From the human T2T-CHM13v2.0 reference genome, Homo sapiens: a stretch of DNA of 64,000 nt. Positions within the stretch are counted from its first letter, which is position 1. Each line of letters starts with the position of its first letter. Below, piece by piece: positions 1-14,179 of this stretch. Position numbers and translations under genes: made by a program. Below the pieces are notes generated by a model. That model did no database searches. It was not told where the DNA came from and worked only from the letters and a program-made list of their open reading frames with translations. The stretch lies in assembly GCF_009914755.1 (NCBI RefSeq), contig NC_060947.1; one strand, 5' to 3'.

Positions 1-278
1 GCTAACATAAGAGTAGATGAAGAGACAGATCATAGGGTCAGCGATGAAGAGGGAGGAAACTGATATTTAAACAAGGCTGATGACTTGTGGAAAAAGGAGA
101 GGCTAAAGGAAGTAGGCAGTTAGGGGAAGAAGGACATAAATATATAAAGTATATATGGGAATAGGAACAATAACATGGATGTTGGCATGTTGGTGTTCAG
201 TGAGGCCGCCCTGAACAATGATACGGTCCAATGTCAACCAAAAGGTAAATGAATTTGATTTACAAAATATGCAATTTA

Positions 279-612
<334 letters not shown>

Positions 613-1520
613 TTATCTTACATTTTTCTATTTTCTCCACATTGTTTTGAGACTCTTATTTACTAATTTGTATATTTTTACTATTTCCTAATTAGATACA
701 CATTTATATTAATGCTATTAATAGGAAAATGTATTTTTCCTGAATTAAGAGCTATTTATTAAAACTTAGAAACATGTTATATGCATGCTTATTAATAACA
801 TCAAGTGCCACTTTTAATAGTCCCTATGAGAGAAATATTTTACTAATATCTCTTCCTCTTTGAATTTTAAAATTGGGCAGATTATTTTATTATATATAAT
901 ATTAGATGGGCTTTTTCTTCCTGCTAGCATTTTGTACCCTGCTAAGTATTAGTAATCTCTTTTGATTTATTCATGATTAATGAATGCCTGACCAATTGGT
1001 AGCATAAAGAAATGTAGCAAGTACTAGTTGAAGAGTCTCAAATATTCAATAAGATAGATGTATAATAAATGTTATTTATGTAATTCTTAGCCAGAGATTA
1101 AAGGTAGAATCTTACTGCTGAAGAAAATGTTTATTCTCTACCCTTTTTATTTTCTTCCATGTACAAGGAGTTCCATTAGTGACTTATCTGAACAGTGAAT
1201 TTGGGAGAGGGAACTGAGTGTGTGCAGCTCATCCATTACCTCACTCACCCTCTTTGGGTTCTGTCTGCATGTGCTTTGCATAAAGGACATGCCCCTGAAA
1301 GCAAGGCCTCCATGTTCCATGGCTACCTATTATCTGGACAGATAAGTCTGCGTAATTCAGGAATTCAGTGTTAAGAACCATGCTTTTCCTCTCATATTAG
1401 TCATACTCTCCAATATCAGTTTTAGAAGTTATAAAGGGGTCTTTTGATGTCAATCTGCCTCACCTCTCTGCTTCTATTTCTTACTTAGTTTTGATGCTAA
1501 GAGCGGCCCTGTAAAGGCAT

Positions 1521-1780
1521 CATGGCACAGTGGTTAAGAGCAAACTGTGAAGTTAAACTGCCTGATTTTGAATACCACTTATACCACGTACTAGCAAGGT
1601 GATTTGTAGCATTTTACTTCACTTTGGTGTCCATTTATTTCCTAAACTGTAAAATGGAGATGATAATAGCACCTATTTCATAAAGTTGTGAAGATGAAAT
1701 GAGATAATACTTTTAAATGCATAGATATGTGCCTAGAACCTAGAAGTAGTCAGTGAATGCCTAGAAGTGAGTTATTATTA
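1521..1780 (+). mobile_element. MIR SINE
   Basis: Core CTGTAAAATGGAGATGATAATAGCACCTATTTCATAAAGTTGTGAAGATGAAATGAGATAAT; 5' tRNA-like head catggcacagtggttaagag. Confidence 0.85.
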
Positions 1781-1910
1781 TATCCATTTTAGAGATAAAA
1801 ATCAGAAGTTCAGAAAATGTATATTACTTGCCAAAGGGCACCTGGCTAGTAGCCAGACATAGGATTCTAACCTAGCTCCTTCGGGTATCAGAACTCTGAC
1901 ATATTTTGCC
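1775..1910 (-). mobile_element. MIR SINE fragment
   Basis: Antisense MIR core: tccattttagagataaaaatcagaagttcaga...ttacttgccaaagggcac. Confidence 0.7.
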
Positions 1911-1984
1911 ATACCTATGTATCTTCTTAGCAAGGCCTGGTTCATCTATCTTGGTTTAGATATTGTATTTCATTACTCTCTTAG

Positions 1985-2050
1985 AAAAAAATGCATGAAA
2001 TCAAAACATCCAATCCACTTGGAAGCAAGCCCACTTTCGTGTTGTCTCTG
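1985..2050 (+). CDS. Candidate 66-nt internal/penultimate coding exon of an unidentified gene
   Basis: Acceptor tttcattactctcttAG|, donor CTG|GTGAGA; non-repeat sequence; phase-0 frame open: KKMHEIKTSNPLGSKPTFVLSL. Confidence 0.5.
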
Positions 2051-2164
2051 GTGAGAAATCCAGTGAAAATATGGATAATTGTCTCATTTATTTCCAGATG
2101 CTTGTGTGACAGCTTAAATTTACCTTCATAGTACTTAATATAGTTGTACCCTATGGTCCCTTGC

Positions 2165-2330
2165 CACTGCAAGTGTGGGCAGAATCAGCAGCATTTGCAA
2201 CACCTGGGAACTTGATAGAAATGCAGAATCTCAGGCCCCACACCAGACCTACTGAAAAAGAATTTGCAATTAAAAAATTCAATAGATTCAGATGTATATT
2301 ACTGTACGAAAAGTACTGCTTGCTATAGTC
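2165..2330. mobile_element. MER5A-like hAT-Charlie DNA transposon
   Basis: cagcagcat...cacctgggaacttgatagaaatgcagaatctcaggccccacaccagacctactgaa resembles the MER5A consensus. Confidence 0.85.
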
Positions 2331-2719
2331 AATCAGTGCAAATTAAATGTGTTTTTGACATTACATTTTCTGTATATTTACAGTCAAATTTCAACAACTC
2401 TATCTATCCTATTTGTATGCGTGAGGATTTAGGCAAGATTTCATGTTGCCCAAGCACTTGGGCATCTAAATACTAAACTAGACACTTATTTTTAAGAAAA
2501 AGGTAAATAGTCAAAGATCAGAATTTCTGTATGGCAACTCAATCTCAAATCACCACCATTCTTAATTTCTACTGAACATTTGTGGAGTATAATTATAATT
2601 GTCTACGCTTCGAATATTACTTGAATATGTGTCATTAAAGTGTTAGGAAAATGTGAATCACTAATATAGCACATTCTTACTTTAAGAGCTCTGCTGAATG
2701 TTTCAACTATTTCTTTTAG

Positions 2720-3110
2720 ATTTTTCAGTGAAGGAAACTATTGCTAATAATTGAGCATTTCCTGCCTTTCTCTAGCATTCAAGCAAATAAATCCATAATG
2801 GATGCTGAAATAGAAAAGTAGAGATTCTAGCTGGGGGTTGGTGGTGCTACATGACAGTTATTTTCTACAGTAAAATGATTGCATAGTTTCTCCATACATT
2901 TCTTAAAATCTCTCCGAAATTCAAATTGTAAAAACATCTTCATTAAATTATTTTTCATGAGATTTTTATTCACTGTATTAGAAAGATATTGCAACATTTG
3001 CATAATTATTTCACTGAAAATGAAAGACTGCAAATCAGTATTTCATAATCCAGTTTTTAAGTCAAAGACAGCTTGACAGCTCATTGATTTACAAATAAAG
3101 CTTAGCAACT
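2720..3110 (+). other. Candidate terminal exon (IFQ-stop, then 3' UTR with poly(A) signals)
   Basis: Acceptor actatttcttttAG|ATT TTT CAG TGA (stop 2729-2731 in phase 0 after exon 1985-2050); AATAAA at 2786-2791 and 3094-3099. Confidence 0.4.
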
Positions 3111-3319
3111 TACAAAGTGGCATTAAAAATGACCCCAAAACACAGTTTAAAGGAAATTACCACAATAGCAAAAATATAGACTCACTAAAGTAAAGTGAGG
3201 TTGATTTCGTAACCTTTCGGAATTTTGTTTTTATCTGTTTATGAAGTTTTTAATTTTTAAAATATTTGGTAGATTTTGAACAAATTTCACATATATATAA
3301 ATATAGTAATAAATGTATC

Positions 3320-3622
3320 GGCCAGGAGTGGTGGTTCATGCCTGTAATCCCAGCACTTTGGGAGGCCGAGGAGGACGGATCACGAGATCAGGAGTTCGAG
3401 ACCAGCCTGGCCAATATAGTGAAACCCTGTCTCCACTAAAAATACAAAAATTAGCCGACATGGTGGTGGGCGCCTATAATCTCAGCTGCTCAGGAGGCTG
3501 AGGCAGGAGAATTACTTGAACCCAGGAGGCGGAGGTTGCAGTAAGCTGAGATCATGCTACTACACTCCAGCCTGGGCGACAGAGCAAGACTCCATCTCAA
3601 AAGAAGAAAATAATAAAAAATA
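3320..3622 (+). mobile_element. Alu (AluS-like)
   Basis: Full dimer with A tail; degenerate TSD aataaatgtatcg / aataaacatatcg. Confidence 0.95.
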
Positions 3623-3959
3623 AACATATCGATATATATATTCATATTGTAATTAATATATTAATTGCAATATTTTACAATTTTTATATATTAGAACAAG
3701 TAAATGCTAAATGTTACAGAACAATTAGTTGATAATTGTACTTCTAGACAACCAGGCTTGGTTATATGGCAGGGTTATATAGTCAAAATTAAAATCCCTT
3801 TCATCAAGAAGTATAGTCTTTAACAAAGTTAAAGGGTGAACAGTGACAAGAGCCAAAGAAACATTATATGAAAAGAAATATTTGTAAGGGGAATATAGCG
3901 TAAATTCACTGCTGAACAGAGATATATTCAGATTGTTAATGCCTTCCAAATATAGAGCA

Positions 3960-4170
3960 TGATAAGGATTTCACATACATAACCTTATATGATTTTCCAA
4001 ACACCTTGTGGATGGCACTAGCTAGACAGATGATTTTGCAGAGGAGGAAACTGAGGCTGAGAGGTTAACCAATTTGTTCAGTCATATGGCCAGCGAATGG
4101 CAGACTAAAGCCAAATTAGAATTATCTAAATCCCAATGTAGTGCATGTTTTCACTATGCTGTACTGCCTT
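3960..4170 (-). mobile_element. MIR SINE
   Basis: attttgcagaggaggaaactgaggctgagaggttaaccaatttgttcagtcata is the antisense MIR core. Confidence 0.8.
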
Positions 4171-4388
4171 TCCAAAGGCTAAGTGATTGTGAATAGTATC
4201 ATTAGCAGGGCTTTATTTGTCAAGAACATGAGACCAGTATTTTTATGGTTCTAAAATAGTGAGTAAGTATTCGCTTACCCTCCTACACCTCCAAATCTAC
4301 ATAAGAATACAAAGGTTTGTTTCTATGGAAAACAGGTCACAAACCTTGCTAGGTCCTTGCAAACACCAATTAAATGCAAACATATTTA

Positions 4389-4745
<357 letters not shown>

Positions 4746-4764
4746 AACAGGAATGGGGAAAGAG

Positions 4765-5010
4765 AATTTTAAGTGTCTATTTTGTGTTAGATGCTATTCT
4801 AGCTAGCCACATACTGATGCTATCTTATATTTTCAATAATTTCTACAGGCATCATGCAAAGTTGATAGAAAAGTTTTTGCTCTACTGATTGTGTAGATGA
4901 GCAAAGTAAGGCACAAAGGCGAAGTGACTTCTCTAAGGTCATAGAGTGAGTGGAATCAGAACTGAAAACTGACCTCTGGACTCTCAATGCACAATTTTTT
5001 CCAATATCTT
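4765..5010 (-). mobile_element. MIR SINE
   Basis: gtagatgagcaaagtaaggcacaaaggcgaagtgacttctctaaggtcatagag resembles the antisense MIR core. Confidence 0.7.
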
Positions 5011-6379
5011 CAAGATGAGTGTTTTACCAGAGCTTCTTATAATAAAAGGACAATGACAAAGGAGAATCCAACGTGCCTAGGTATTTTGAAACACCATGGT
5101 ATGCGGGCCGATGACAGAATAATTAAATATTGGCATTTAGTACATATTGGTGAAATACTGTATGTAGAAGATGAAACATTCCTAGTATGTCGGCATAGAA
5201 GAATTATTTCTTTTAACAAATAGGAATGGAGCTCCTACTGGTGCTAGGCACTATTCTAGCTAGGCCCCGGGGATATATTAGTGAACACAACAAAGACCTC
5301 AAAAAGGCTAAGCAGGGAACGGGAAGGGTGTTTGCAACCAGATACTAATCAAACAAACAAACAAACAAAAATTGGATAATCTAGATAATTCGCTTTACAA
5401 TTGCAGATGGTGATAAAACTATTTAAAATGGAGTAGACTAAAAGATTTCTCAGCAGTCAAATCAATTTCACATAGGGCAATCTCTACTGATGGAATTTTT
5501 TTAAAAGCAAGCATTATTATGAAATTGTAAAAGAACATAATTGCACAGATATGTTTTAAAAAATTATTCAAAGGGAGCCCTGAAATTGGATTCTGGAAAA
5601 TGGATATTCAAGACTTTCCTAGGTGCCACTTTTACTACTCACAGGCTGACTGGATTTCTAATTTTATGTGTTGAACTCACTCTTCTTGCATCTTATTGTA
5701 GATTTATTTTTATTATTGTTCAAGAAGTGTTGCCACCAAACTGGTTGTGTGAATTATTCCCTTACAACCTTATTACTAAATACTTTTAATTAAAATTCAA
5801 ATACATGGCAGAATTTCTCATACCGATAAGATATACTCCCTTAAGCCAGTTCATGAAGCAAGCAGAGAAAACACAATGAAGCTGATTACAGATTATTTCT
5901 TTTAAGGGAAAATAATCATAAACAATCTCAGTTTTTCATATGATAAATTTATATATTCAGATGAACACTTCATTAGAAGATAGATTCTGAAATGCTGAAA
6001 TGTTAAAACATAAGTGAATAAAATGATTGTTACCAAATGGAAGTAAAAAATAGAAAATTTGGGTCCATGTGCTATTTAGACATATGGTCATTTGAATGGA
6101 GTGAAATTTAATGTAGTTTTAATAAGTTAATGGGGCACAGAAACTGCCAGTTTATATAAATTGCCTCTAGCCCCACTCTTTTCATTCTTATATTTTGTTT
6201 ATGGCATATGTAAAAGTGCCTGGAACAATATTGGTGCATAGTAAATGCTCAGTTAATAATTATTAAAACAGTTATGAACCATCTCACCTGTGTAACGCTG
6301 ACAGATATCCGAAAAAACAAATGGGCTTCATTCTCCCAACATGTGCTCAGTAGCAATAAGTGTAGTAATAATAATACTA

Positions 6380-6810
6380 GCTATTGTGTATTGAACACTA
6401 ATTATTTCCCAGAAACTCATTACAGGGGTTAGATCATCCCATCCTCACAACAAACCTATGGGGTAGGTACTATAATATTCTTACCTACATTCCAAAGGTG
6501 AGGGACCTGAGAAACATAAATTAACAGTTGCAGCCTCACAGATCTAGCCTGTGAAAAGACTAGGAGTACGTAGAAAGAGCATGGGTTTATTCTATGACCT
6601 GAGTTTGAATGTATCCTCTACCACTTGTGAGTGATGCAACTTCGGGTAACTTTAACTTAATTTCTCAGAGCTCTAAGTTTGTAATCTATAAAATGGCATG
6701 ACTGTCTATTTTATAGGGTTGGTGTCAGGATTAAAGTAGGCAACTGATATAAATTTCCTAAACTAATGCCTGTTATATAGTAGATGCCCAAAAAATGTTA
6801 GTTTCATTTT
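6380..6810. mobile_element. Two MIR fragments (- then +)
   Basis: cctcacaacaaacctatggggtaggtactat (antisense) followed by ctcagagctctaagtttgtaatctataaaatggc...atagggttggtgtcaggattaaa (sense). Confidence 0.7.
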
Positions 6811-7129
6811 TCCTCTCCTTCTTCTACAGCACTGCTGGTTCCCCAAGATTAAAGAAATTGAAGAAATTGGAAGAATGTATTTTTAAAACATGTATTATTG
6901 TGTTATTGAGGGCCAGACACCAAAAGGTTTGAGAGTGAAATTGATGGTGTGACTTCCACAAAGCACAGTAAAGATATTTAAGCAAACATAGTCTGGGAAC
7001 AATTGACATGTTCTAAATTTCAAAATTCCCTTTCAGGAACATGATATTTGCTCCCATTAATGACTGTCAATTTATTATGGTGCTTTTTTCATATAAAACC
7101 TGTACATTGCTTATTTAATTTCTAGATTT

Positions 7130-7400
7130 CTGAAAATGGAATCCTGCCCCTACCCCTATTATAATTTCTATAACAGCATACAGGAAAGCTATTTTTTTTT
7201 TTTTTACTTATTTTGCATCTTATATACAGCCACATTGCCAAACTCTCTTATTAGATCTGATTGTTTTTCAGTTGATGCTCTTAGATTTTCAAGGTATACA
7301 ATTATATCCTCTCTGCAAATTTTTTTGCTTATTTCAATAGGGATACCTCTTCATTTCAATAGTTCTGCAGAGTTTAATTGCATCTGCTGGAAATTAGCAA
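7130..7400 (-). mobile_element. Old L1M ORF2-region fragment
   Basis: cagccacattgccaaactctcttattag...gatgctcttagattttcaaggtatacaattatatc resembles antisense L1. Confidence 0.65.
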
Positions 7401-7760
7401 AATAGATCCTACTGTATAAAATAATATAAATGTGTCTCTCTGGGTGCTACTATTGCCTGTGATTTTTATTTTTAGAGGTATACTGTTCAATATTTTCCAC
7501 CATGAGTGAGCATTTCCTTTATAACCAGAAAAACCCCTGTAGCTACATTTTAAATGCTGTTCAGTTTTTAATCTGGTGGTGCCAGTTGCCCTTCACAGTC
7601 CTTAACCACGTTGCTGGAGTCAACCACGATTTACTCAATATGCCCCTGTTCCTGCCTCAGTTCTCTCTTCAAGTGTAGGCAGGACATTTTTTCTCTTTTC
7701 TTTTCCTCCTGTAGATTTGAAGCAGTATGTAGTTCATTCCTTATCGAATGAACCACGGAA

Positions 7761-7919
7761 AACTACAACTCCCTAAGTGCAGAGCTCCCAAATCGTTTTT
7801 TTTTTTTTTTTTTGCTAGTTCTTCTTGTTATTGAATTTATGACTTCACAGCACAGAATGCAATGTGAGAAATGTAAACTTCCACCAGAAGCCAGGTTGCA
7901 TTACTGGGAAGTGTAGTCC
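7761..7919. promoter_or_regulatory. ZNF143 (SBS)/THAP11 motif cluster, putative promoter
   Basis: AACTACAACTCCCTAAGTGCA (+, 7761-7781) and GGACTACACTTCCCAGTAATGCA (-, 7897-7919) match the ACTACAnnTCCCAnnATGC motif; degenerate third copy on - at about 7858-7879. Confidence 0.7.
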
Positions 7920-8285
7920 CGGAATAAATATGGACAGTGAGCTACAGACTACTGGAAAGATTTAGGTTCAGGTGGAGGTGGGGGCAGAGATGGGGGTGAC
8001 TGTTAAAGAGATCTGCACCTGCACAGTAGAGGAGGTGGCTACAGCATTTGGAGTCAGGAAAGCTAATTCAATGGCCCTCACGCTTTTTACTCACATGCTT
8101 CCTAAAAGAACTGTGAAAAACTATATACCCTTTTGTATATTTTGAAGATAGCTCTTTATTTTTTTTTTTTAAATCATGAATTTAAATAGTTGCAGCAGAT
8201 GTGATTTCCAGAGTTTTCTAAATGCTCTGTTGTCTTTTAGGTTTTTTTTTTAATTGCAGTGTAAAGACAATAAAGTCCAGATATC

Positions 8286-8791
<506 letters not shown>

Positions 8792-9894
8792 TTAAATGTA
8801 GAGCTGGTTGAAGTTTTGCATGTGCATACTGTCATGCGATTCTGCAGATACCACCTATACAGGGTATTTCCATACACTAGAAGTCTCTCTAATGCCCCTC
8901 CTAGTGAAAACACTCCAGAGGTAACCATTATTTTGAATTTTATCACAAAGAATTCATTTTTCCTGTTCTTGAACTCCATGTATGACAGTGTATAAACAGA
9001 CATATCACTATTATATATATATTAAATCACTATTATTAGATATATCTTATAATAGTGTATGTATAAGATAATTACATTTATAATACAATCACAAATATAT
9101 CAAAGGGAAGCTAAACACTGGAGTGGAACCTATTATTGCCCATTAAAATTAATTCAAAAGCTCTTTTTTTAACAATCAGGAATTCATAGTATTTTTTCTC
9201 CTTGAACTTGTTCTTTCATACTCTTTACTGCACAAAATTTTATTCAAATATTATTACATTATACTTTATACTTTTACTCTGGAAAGGCTTTTGTCGATCA
9301 CCCTATATACTTCTTTGGAACAAATATATATACATAAATAGATATTTAATTTTTTATATATCATCTCATTATAAGGTTCTAGGCTAAATTGGGTTATTTT
9401 CATTATTTTTCATACAACGTTGATCAAAACAACCTAGACCATATAATTTTTGATTAATAAATATTAAAACTAAATATGCAATTTGAAATGCATTTCTAAG
9501 TGTAATGGCTTTTGTAATTAATGTTTATGTATTTGTATTATGTATTGTTTATAATTAAACAGTTCATCATCTAATATATCTCTTGTTTTTATAAATGTAA
9601 GTATGGAGGAAATTTACTCAGTAAGTTAGATCATAAGGCATTTTATTATAGCAATGTCACTCAATTCTTTGACTTCCTCCAGCATTATATGCTAAAAATA
9701 ACATAATGATCCATCACCAAAAATTATTTTTAGTGACCTCGCAGCTAATAGTTGGTTCAGTACTTTCTCAATTTCATGAGAACAAAAAATTGGTAATTGC
9801 CTGGATTGTAAATGGATTTGTTCCAAACACTATAGTCCAACTAGACACCATTATTTCTAATTATCCTTTTGTTTGGCTTCTTAGAGGTGTTTTT

Positions 9895-10240
9895 TTTCCC
9901 AACAGCTTTACTGAGTCATAATGCACATACCAAAAATGTACTCATTGTCAGTGTATAATCCAATAACTTTTAACAAATTTATAGAGTTGCACAACCATCA
10001 CCACAATCTAGTTTCAGAACATTTCCATCCCCCCAACGTGTTTTGCTTATGCCTATTTTTCATCAATCACTGCTCCTAAACCCAGGAGCAGAAAACCATT
10101 GTTTTGCTTTCTGCCTATATATTTACATTTTCTGGTACTATCATATAAATGTAATAATAAAATAAGTAGTACTTTGTGCCAGGCTTCTGTAACTGAATAA
10201 AATGTTTTTTGAAGTTAATCCATATTGCAGCATTCTTTGG
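9895..10240 (-). mobile_element. L1MB/MC-type 3' end fragment
   Basis: aacagctttactgagtcataat...gttgcacaaccatcaccacaatctagtttcagaacatttccatc is a typical antisense L1M 3'UTR. Confidence 0.8.
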
Positions 10241-11452
10241 AGGTTGTACACTCTGAGAAAATCATCAAAAATTAAGTTCTATATGGGTGAGAGTTATGTT
10301 TTTCTTTTGTGAAATGGATAAAGAGTGATGGTAGAAGGAAACTTGGCAAATGTTCAGTATTTGGAAAGAAAAAATACATATGGAAGTTGAGGTTTTGGAA
10401 ATGATTTTTTTTAAAACAACCCCTACTTGTGCAATTTTGGAAAGTCTTTATGTTGTATTATTATTATCAGGGGTATATACATTCCAATTTAAAGAAAATT
10501 GGGCTAAATTATGTAGGAGTACTGTACAGAGTAGATTAGAACATAAATTTCAAAAGATGCATTGATCAGTTAGTCTCTGTGATTCAATTTCCTGATCTGT
10601 AAAATGAGCACAATAATAATATCTACCCTACACTTTTCTTGTAGGAATTGGAGAGCCCAAGGATTTTAAGGAGAGGACTGAAAATATTGTCAGAATCTGT
10701 CTGTTAGATCACAGTCAGCAATTAGTAATACAGACCTGGCCAAGGTATTTCATTTAGTCTCAGCCTGACTCTTCTACATTGTTAGAGAATCTACATTGCC
10801 TGAGATCTTGCCTGGCATCAGTCTTAGGACCAAAGATCTCCTTCCACAGGAATTGGTCTCTGTCTTAATCTAAATACTGGTGTAATAAAGATGTACTTGG
10901 AACTCGGAGTTCTAATATATTGGGTCCCCAAATTGGAATCTACAGTGCCTTTGAGACAGAAGGGCATTTTGCATTCAAAAGACTACAAAGCCATTAGAAA
11001 TATCATCAATACAAATACTATTAATTTGGTTTCAAAAGTGAATTCAATTCAATTAAAAAACATACATGATATGCTTACATTGTTGTACAAACTCCCAACC
11101 TCTTCATCCTCCCCTACTTCTAAGGTCCCAAAGCAGCTGAATGGAGGTAAATTCTGTCACAATGATGTTGCCCAACCCAATTCATCAGTCAGTTCTTTTA
11201 GGTTTCCAATTTAGATGTGACCTGATTATTTATCAAAAATAGAGAGCCCTGAGCAGACAGAAGAATTGAGTGCCCTCTTTTAAAGAGAGGTAATAATTAT
11301 ACTTTCTCAATAAGTCTGAGGTATTTAGGAAACCAGGATATAGAAAAGGGATAAAATCCCCTGGTTTTCTGTAGGCAAACTGATTTTAATTTAGCGAATT
11401 TTCCAGTCATGACTGGAAGATGAACTGAAGCCTCAGTAATGATGGTGGCATT

Positions 11453-11589
11453 GTTGCCTAGCAAAAAGAGGGCTTACTGCGCTGCTGCAGCTGAATAGAA
11501 TATCAGCATAATCACCGACCAATCAATCATCTCTGGAGGAGCTGTTGCTGTTTTCTTCTTCCAGTAGCAACAGAGGCAGAGCGGTAAGA
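11453..11589 (+). promoter_or_regulatory. RFX X-box + NF-Y CCAAT module with a downstream splice donor (putative alternative promoter/first exon)
   Basis: GTTGCCTAGCAA 11453-11464; GACCAATCA 11517-11525; GCG|GTAAGA donor at 11583/11584; non-repeat sequence. Confidence 0.5.
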
Positions 11590-12535
11590 TAGATGAATAA
11601 CAATTACTGTTGAAAACCTCAAAGAGGAAAACAGGACTAAATAAGTGTCTCTGATGCACATTTTCGGACTCCTGTCTTTGAAGTGGTAGATGGACAGTAT
11701 TTATAACTAAGATGAATAGTTCTCTGTAATAATGCAAAAGTGACACGAACAAAATAGATCCCTTTTGCTATTACTTAGCTTGTCCCTTAAAATGATACCT
11801 GAAAAATCCATTTCCTAGTTCTTCATCCATTCTGTGCATCCCATGAAGATTGTCCAGTTAGAGTTCTTCAGTCCCTAATCAAACATTCTGGTTGTATGTG
11901 GTGTCTGGAAGAATGTCTGCTCACAATACAGATTTGGGGCATTGAAAAGGCTCTGTAGTCAAGCTCAGGAAGGCCATATAATTATTGAGAATCCTGTATC
12001 AGTACAATTTCCAAGGTTATTTTTTTTCTGTCCCTGCTCCCTAATTCTCCATCACAGATAGCATGTTACAGTGGGAGTAGAGGAAAGTATGATATCACAG
12101 TGGTGCATTTTTTTCCCGCAGATAATGAATTAATTTTATCGAAAGTATAGTTTATTTATTGGCCAGTTTCTATTAGGAAATAATAGCAGCACAAACATAT
12201 GAGTATGAGAGAAAATTATTTACTCTACACCTAAACATTTTTTAAACTTTCTATTATGGAATATTTTAACTATATCCTAAAACAGAAGGAATTGTATCAT
12301 GAACTTCTATGCATATATCACTCAGCTTCAATAATTATCATTTCATGGACAAAAGTTTTCTTTGTATACACCTAATTACCATCTTCACCCCTAGAATGAC
12401 TTAAAGCAAATCTGAGACATCATTTAATTTTATCCATAAATATGGATGTATCTCTAAAAATAGTATTGACCCAATGTCATTATCATACATTAAAAAAGCA
12501 AGGAGAGTTCAAATTTCCCTGATTATGTCATAGAT

Positions 12536-12699
12536 CAGTGCTTCCTAAATGTTAATGTGCATAGGAATCATCAAGGGAACTTTTTAAAAGGCAGATTCTG
12601 ATTCGATAGATGTAGGATGGAGCCTGAGATTCTCTATTTTTGACAAGTTCCCAGGTGATGCCAATGTTCTGGTCCTCAGGTCACACTTGATTAGCAAGG
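12536..12699. mobile_element. MER5A/B DNA transposon
   Basis: cagtgcttcctaaatgttaatgtgcataggaatca...gcagattctgattc...caagttcccaggtgatgccaatg. Confidence 0.85.
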
Positions 12700-13076
12700 T
12701 CATTTGTTTTTTTTGTTTGTTTGTTTTTGTTTTTTTGTTTGTTTGTTTTTTGCAGTTTGTGTCTCAACTTTTGATATGTTAAAATTTTTTATTTAGAGAT
12801 TAATGTGCCTTAAGATGTCAGAGTAACACATAACACTACTTTTGATCATATGTTTACTCAAAAAAATGTTCCAGTATATACCTGGCACTGTGCTCAGCAT
12901 TGGGGAATCAGGAAAATTGGTCATATATAAAATCTTTTCATCTCTGGCCAGCTAACAGCTTTCCTAAAGGGTAGAAACAAAAGGTATATATCCATATTGA
13001 GTTTTTGCCTATCTCTTTCTTATGTACACATATTCGTGATAAGGTATGCATATTTTCCCTTTTATGAGAGGGATGG

Positions 13077-14179
13077 TGTATTAATTTTCTGTGACTGTAG
13101 TGAAAGGAAATTAAATTTTGGGACCCCAAGCTCATTTATCCAAAAGGAAAAGGCAAGCTGGGACCTTGCCTCCTCTTTTGGTTCCTAAATAAGGTGGCAA
13201 AGCTACATGCCTCCCCCATATTTTGCCCACAAGGAAATTCCTAGTGAGCTGTTAAAATTTCACCATGGAAATGTAAATTGATAGCTTATCTTTACAAGTG
13301 CAGTTCCCCCCACCACCCCCCTGCCCCCTGCCCACCGACACAAATGCATATCTGATTGTTCCCCTGCCCCATTTTGTCTCTGTTTATCTTATGTAAAATG
13401 CAGGTTCCCTGCATTTTTTTCTGCTCCATTTGTTTATGTTATCATACATAAAAAATGCAAATTCACTGAGCCAGACAAAGGCATGAATAACTATTTTTCC
13501 TACCCCCACTACATGAAAATTACGTACTTCTCAATTTCCCACCCTTTCCTCTTTAAATTTGGAGCCCTCAAAATCATCTTCGGAGAAAGGCATAGACCTG
13601 TCTCCTGGGAGCATCCTTAACTTCGGCAAATAAATCTCCTAAAATGATTGAGACTTCTCTCGTTATTTTTCTCGATTGACACTGTCATAACAAATTAGTA
13701 TAAATTTGGTGGCTTAACATAACAAACATTTATTCTTTCACAATTTAGAGGCCAGCAATCTGAAATCAATTTCACTGGTTTGAAGTCAAGATGTCCTGTT
13801 GCCAGGGCAGCACTACGTAGGAAGACTAGGCAGAATCACTTCCTTGACTTTTCCAGTTTCTGGTGTCTTCTTGCATTCTTTGCATTACTTGCCTTGTGGC
13901 TGCTTCTCTCTAATCTCTACCTCTGACTTCACATGGCCTTCTCATCTGTGTCTGAGTGGTTCAGATGAGAAGGCCTATCAGATCTCCCTCTTCCTATCTC
14001 TTATGAAGATACTTGTGATTGGCTTTAAAGCCTATCTGGATAATCCAGAATAATGCCACCATGTAAAAATCCATAATTTAACACACATGCAAAGCCTCTT
14101 TTTCATTATAAGGTAACATTTATAGGTTCCAGAAATTCGGACCTGATATCTTTGAATGACTATTATTCAGTCTACTACA
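13077..14179 (-). mobile_element. MLT1-family MaLR LTR, split by a MER4-like LTR
   Basis: tgtattaattttctgtgactg...cataacaaattagtataaatttggtggcttaa...tattattcagtctactaca. Confidence 0.8.
13099..13681 (+). mobile_element. ERV1 solo LTR (MER4-group)
   Basis: Starts (a)gtgaaaggaaattaaattttgggacccc, has aataaa near the 3' end, ends ctcgattgaCA; 4-bp TSD ctgt (13095-13098, 13682-13685). Confidence 0.8.
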
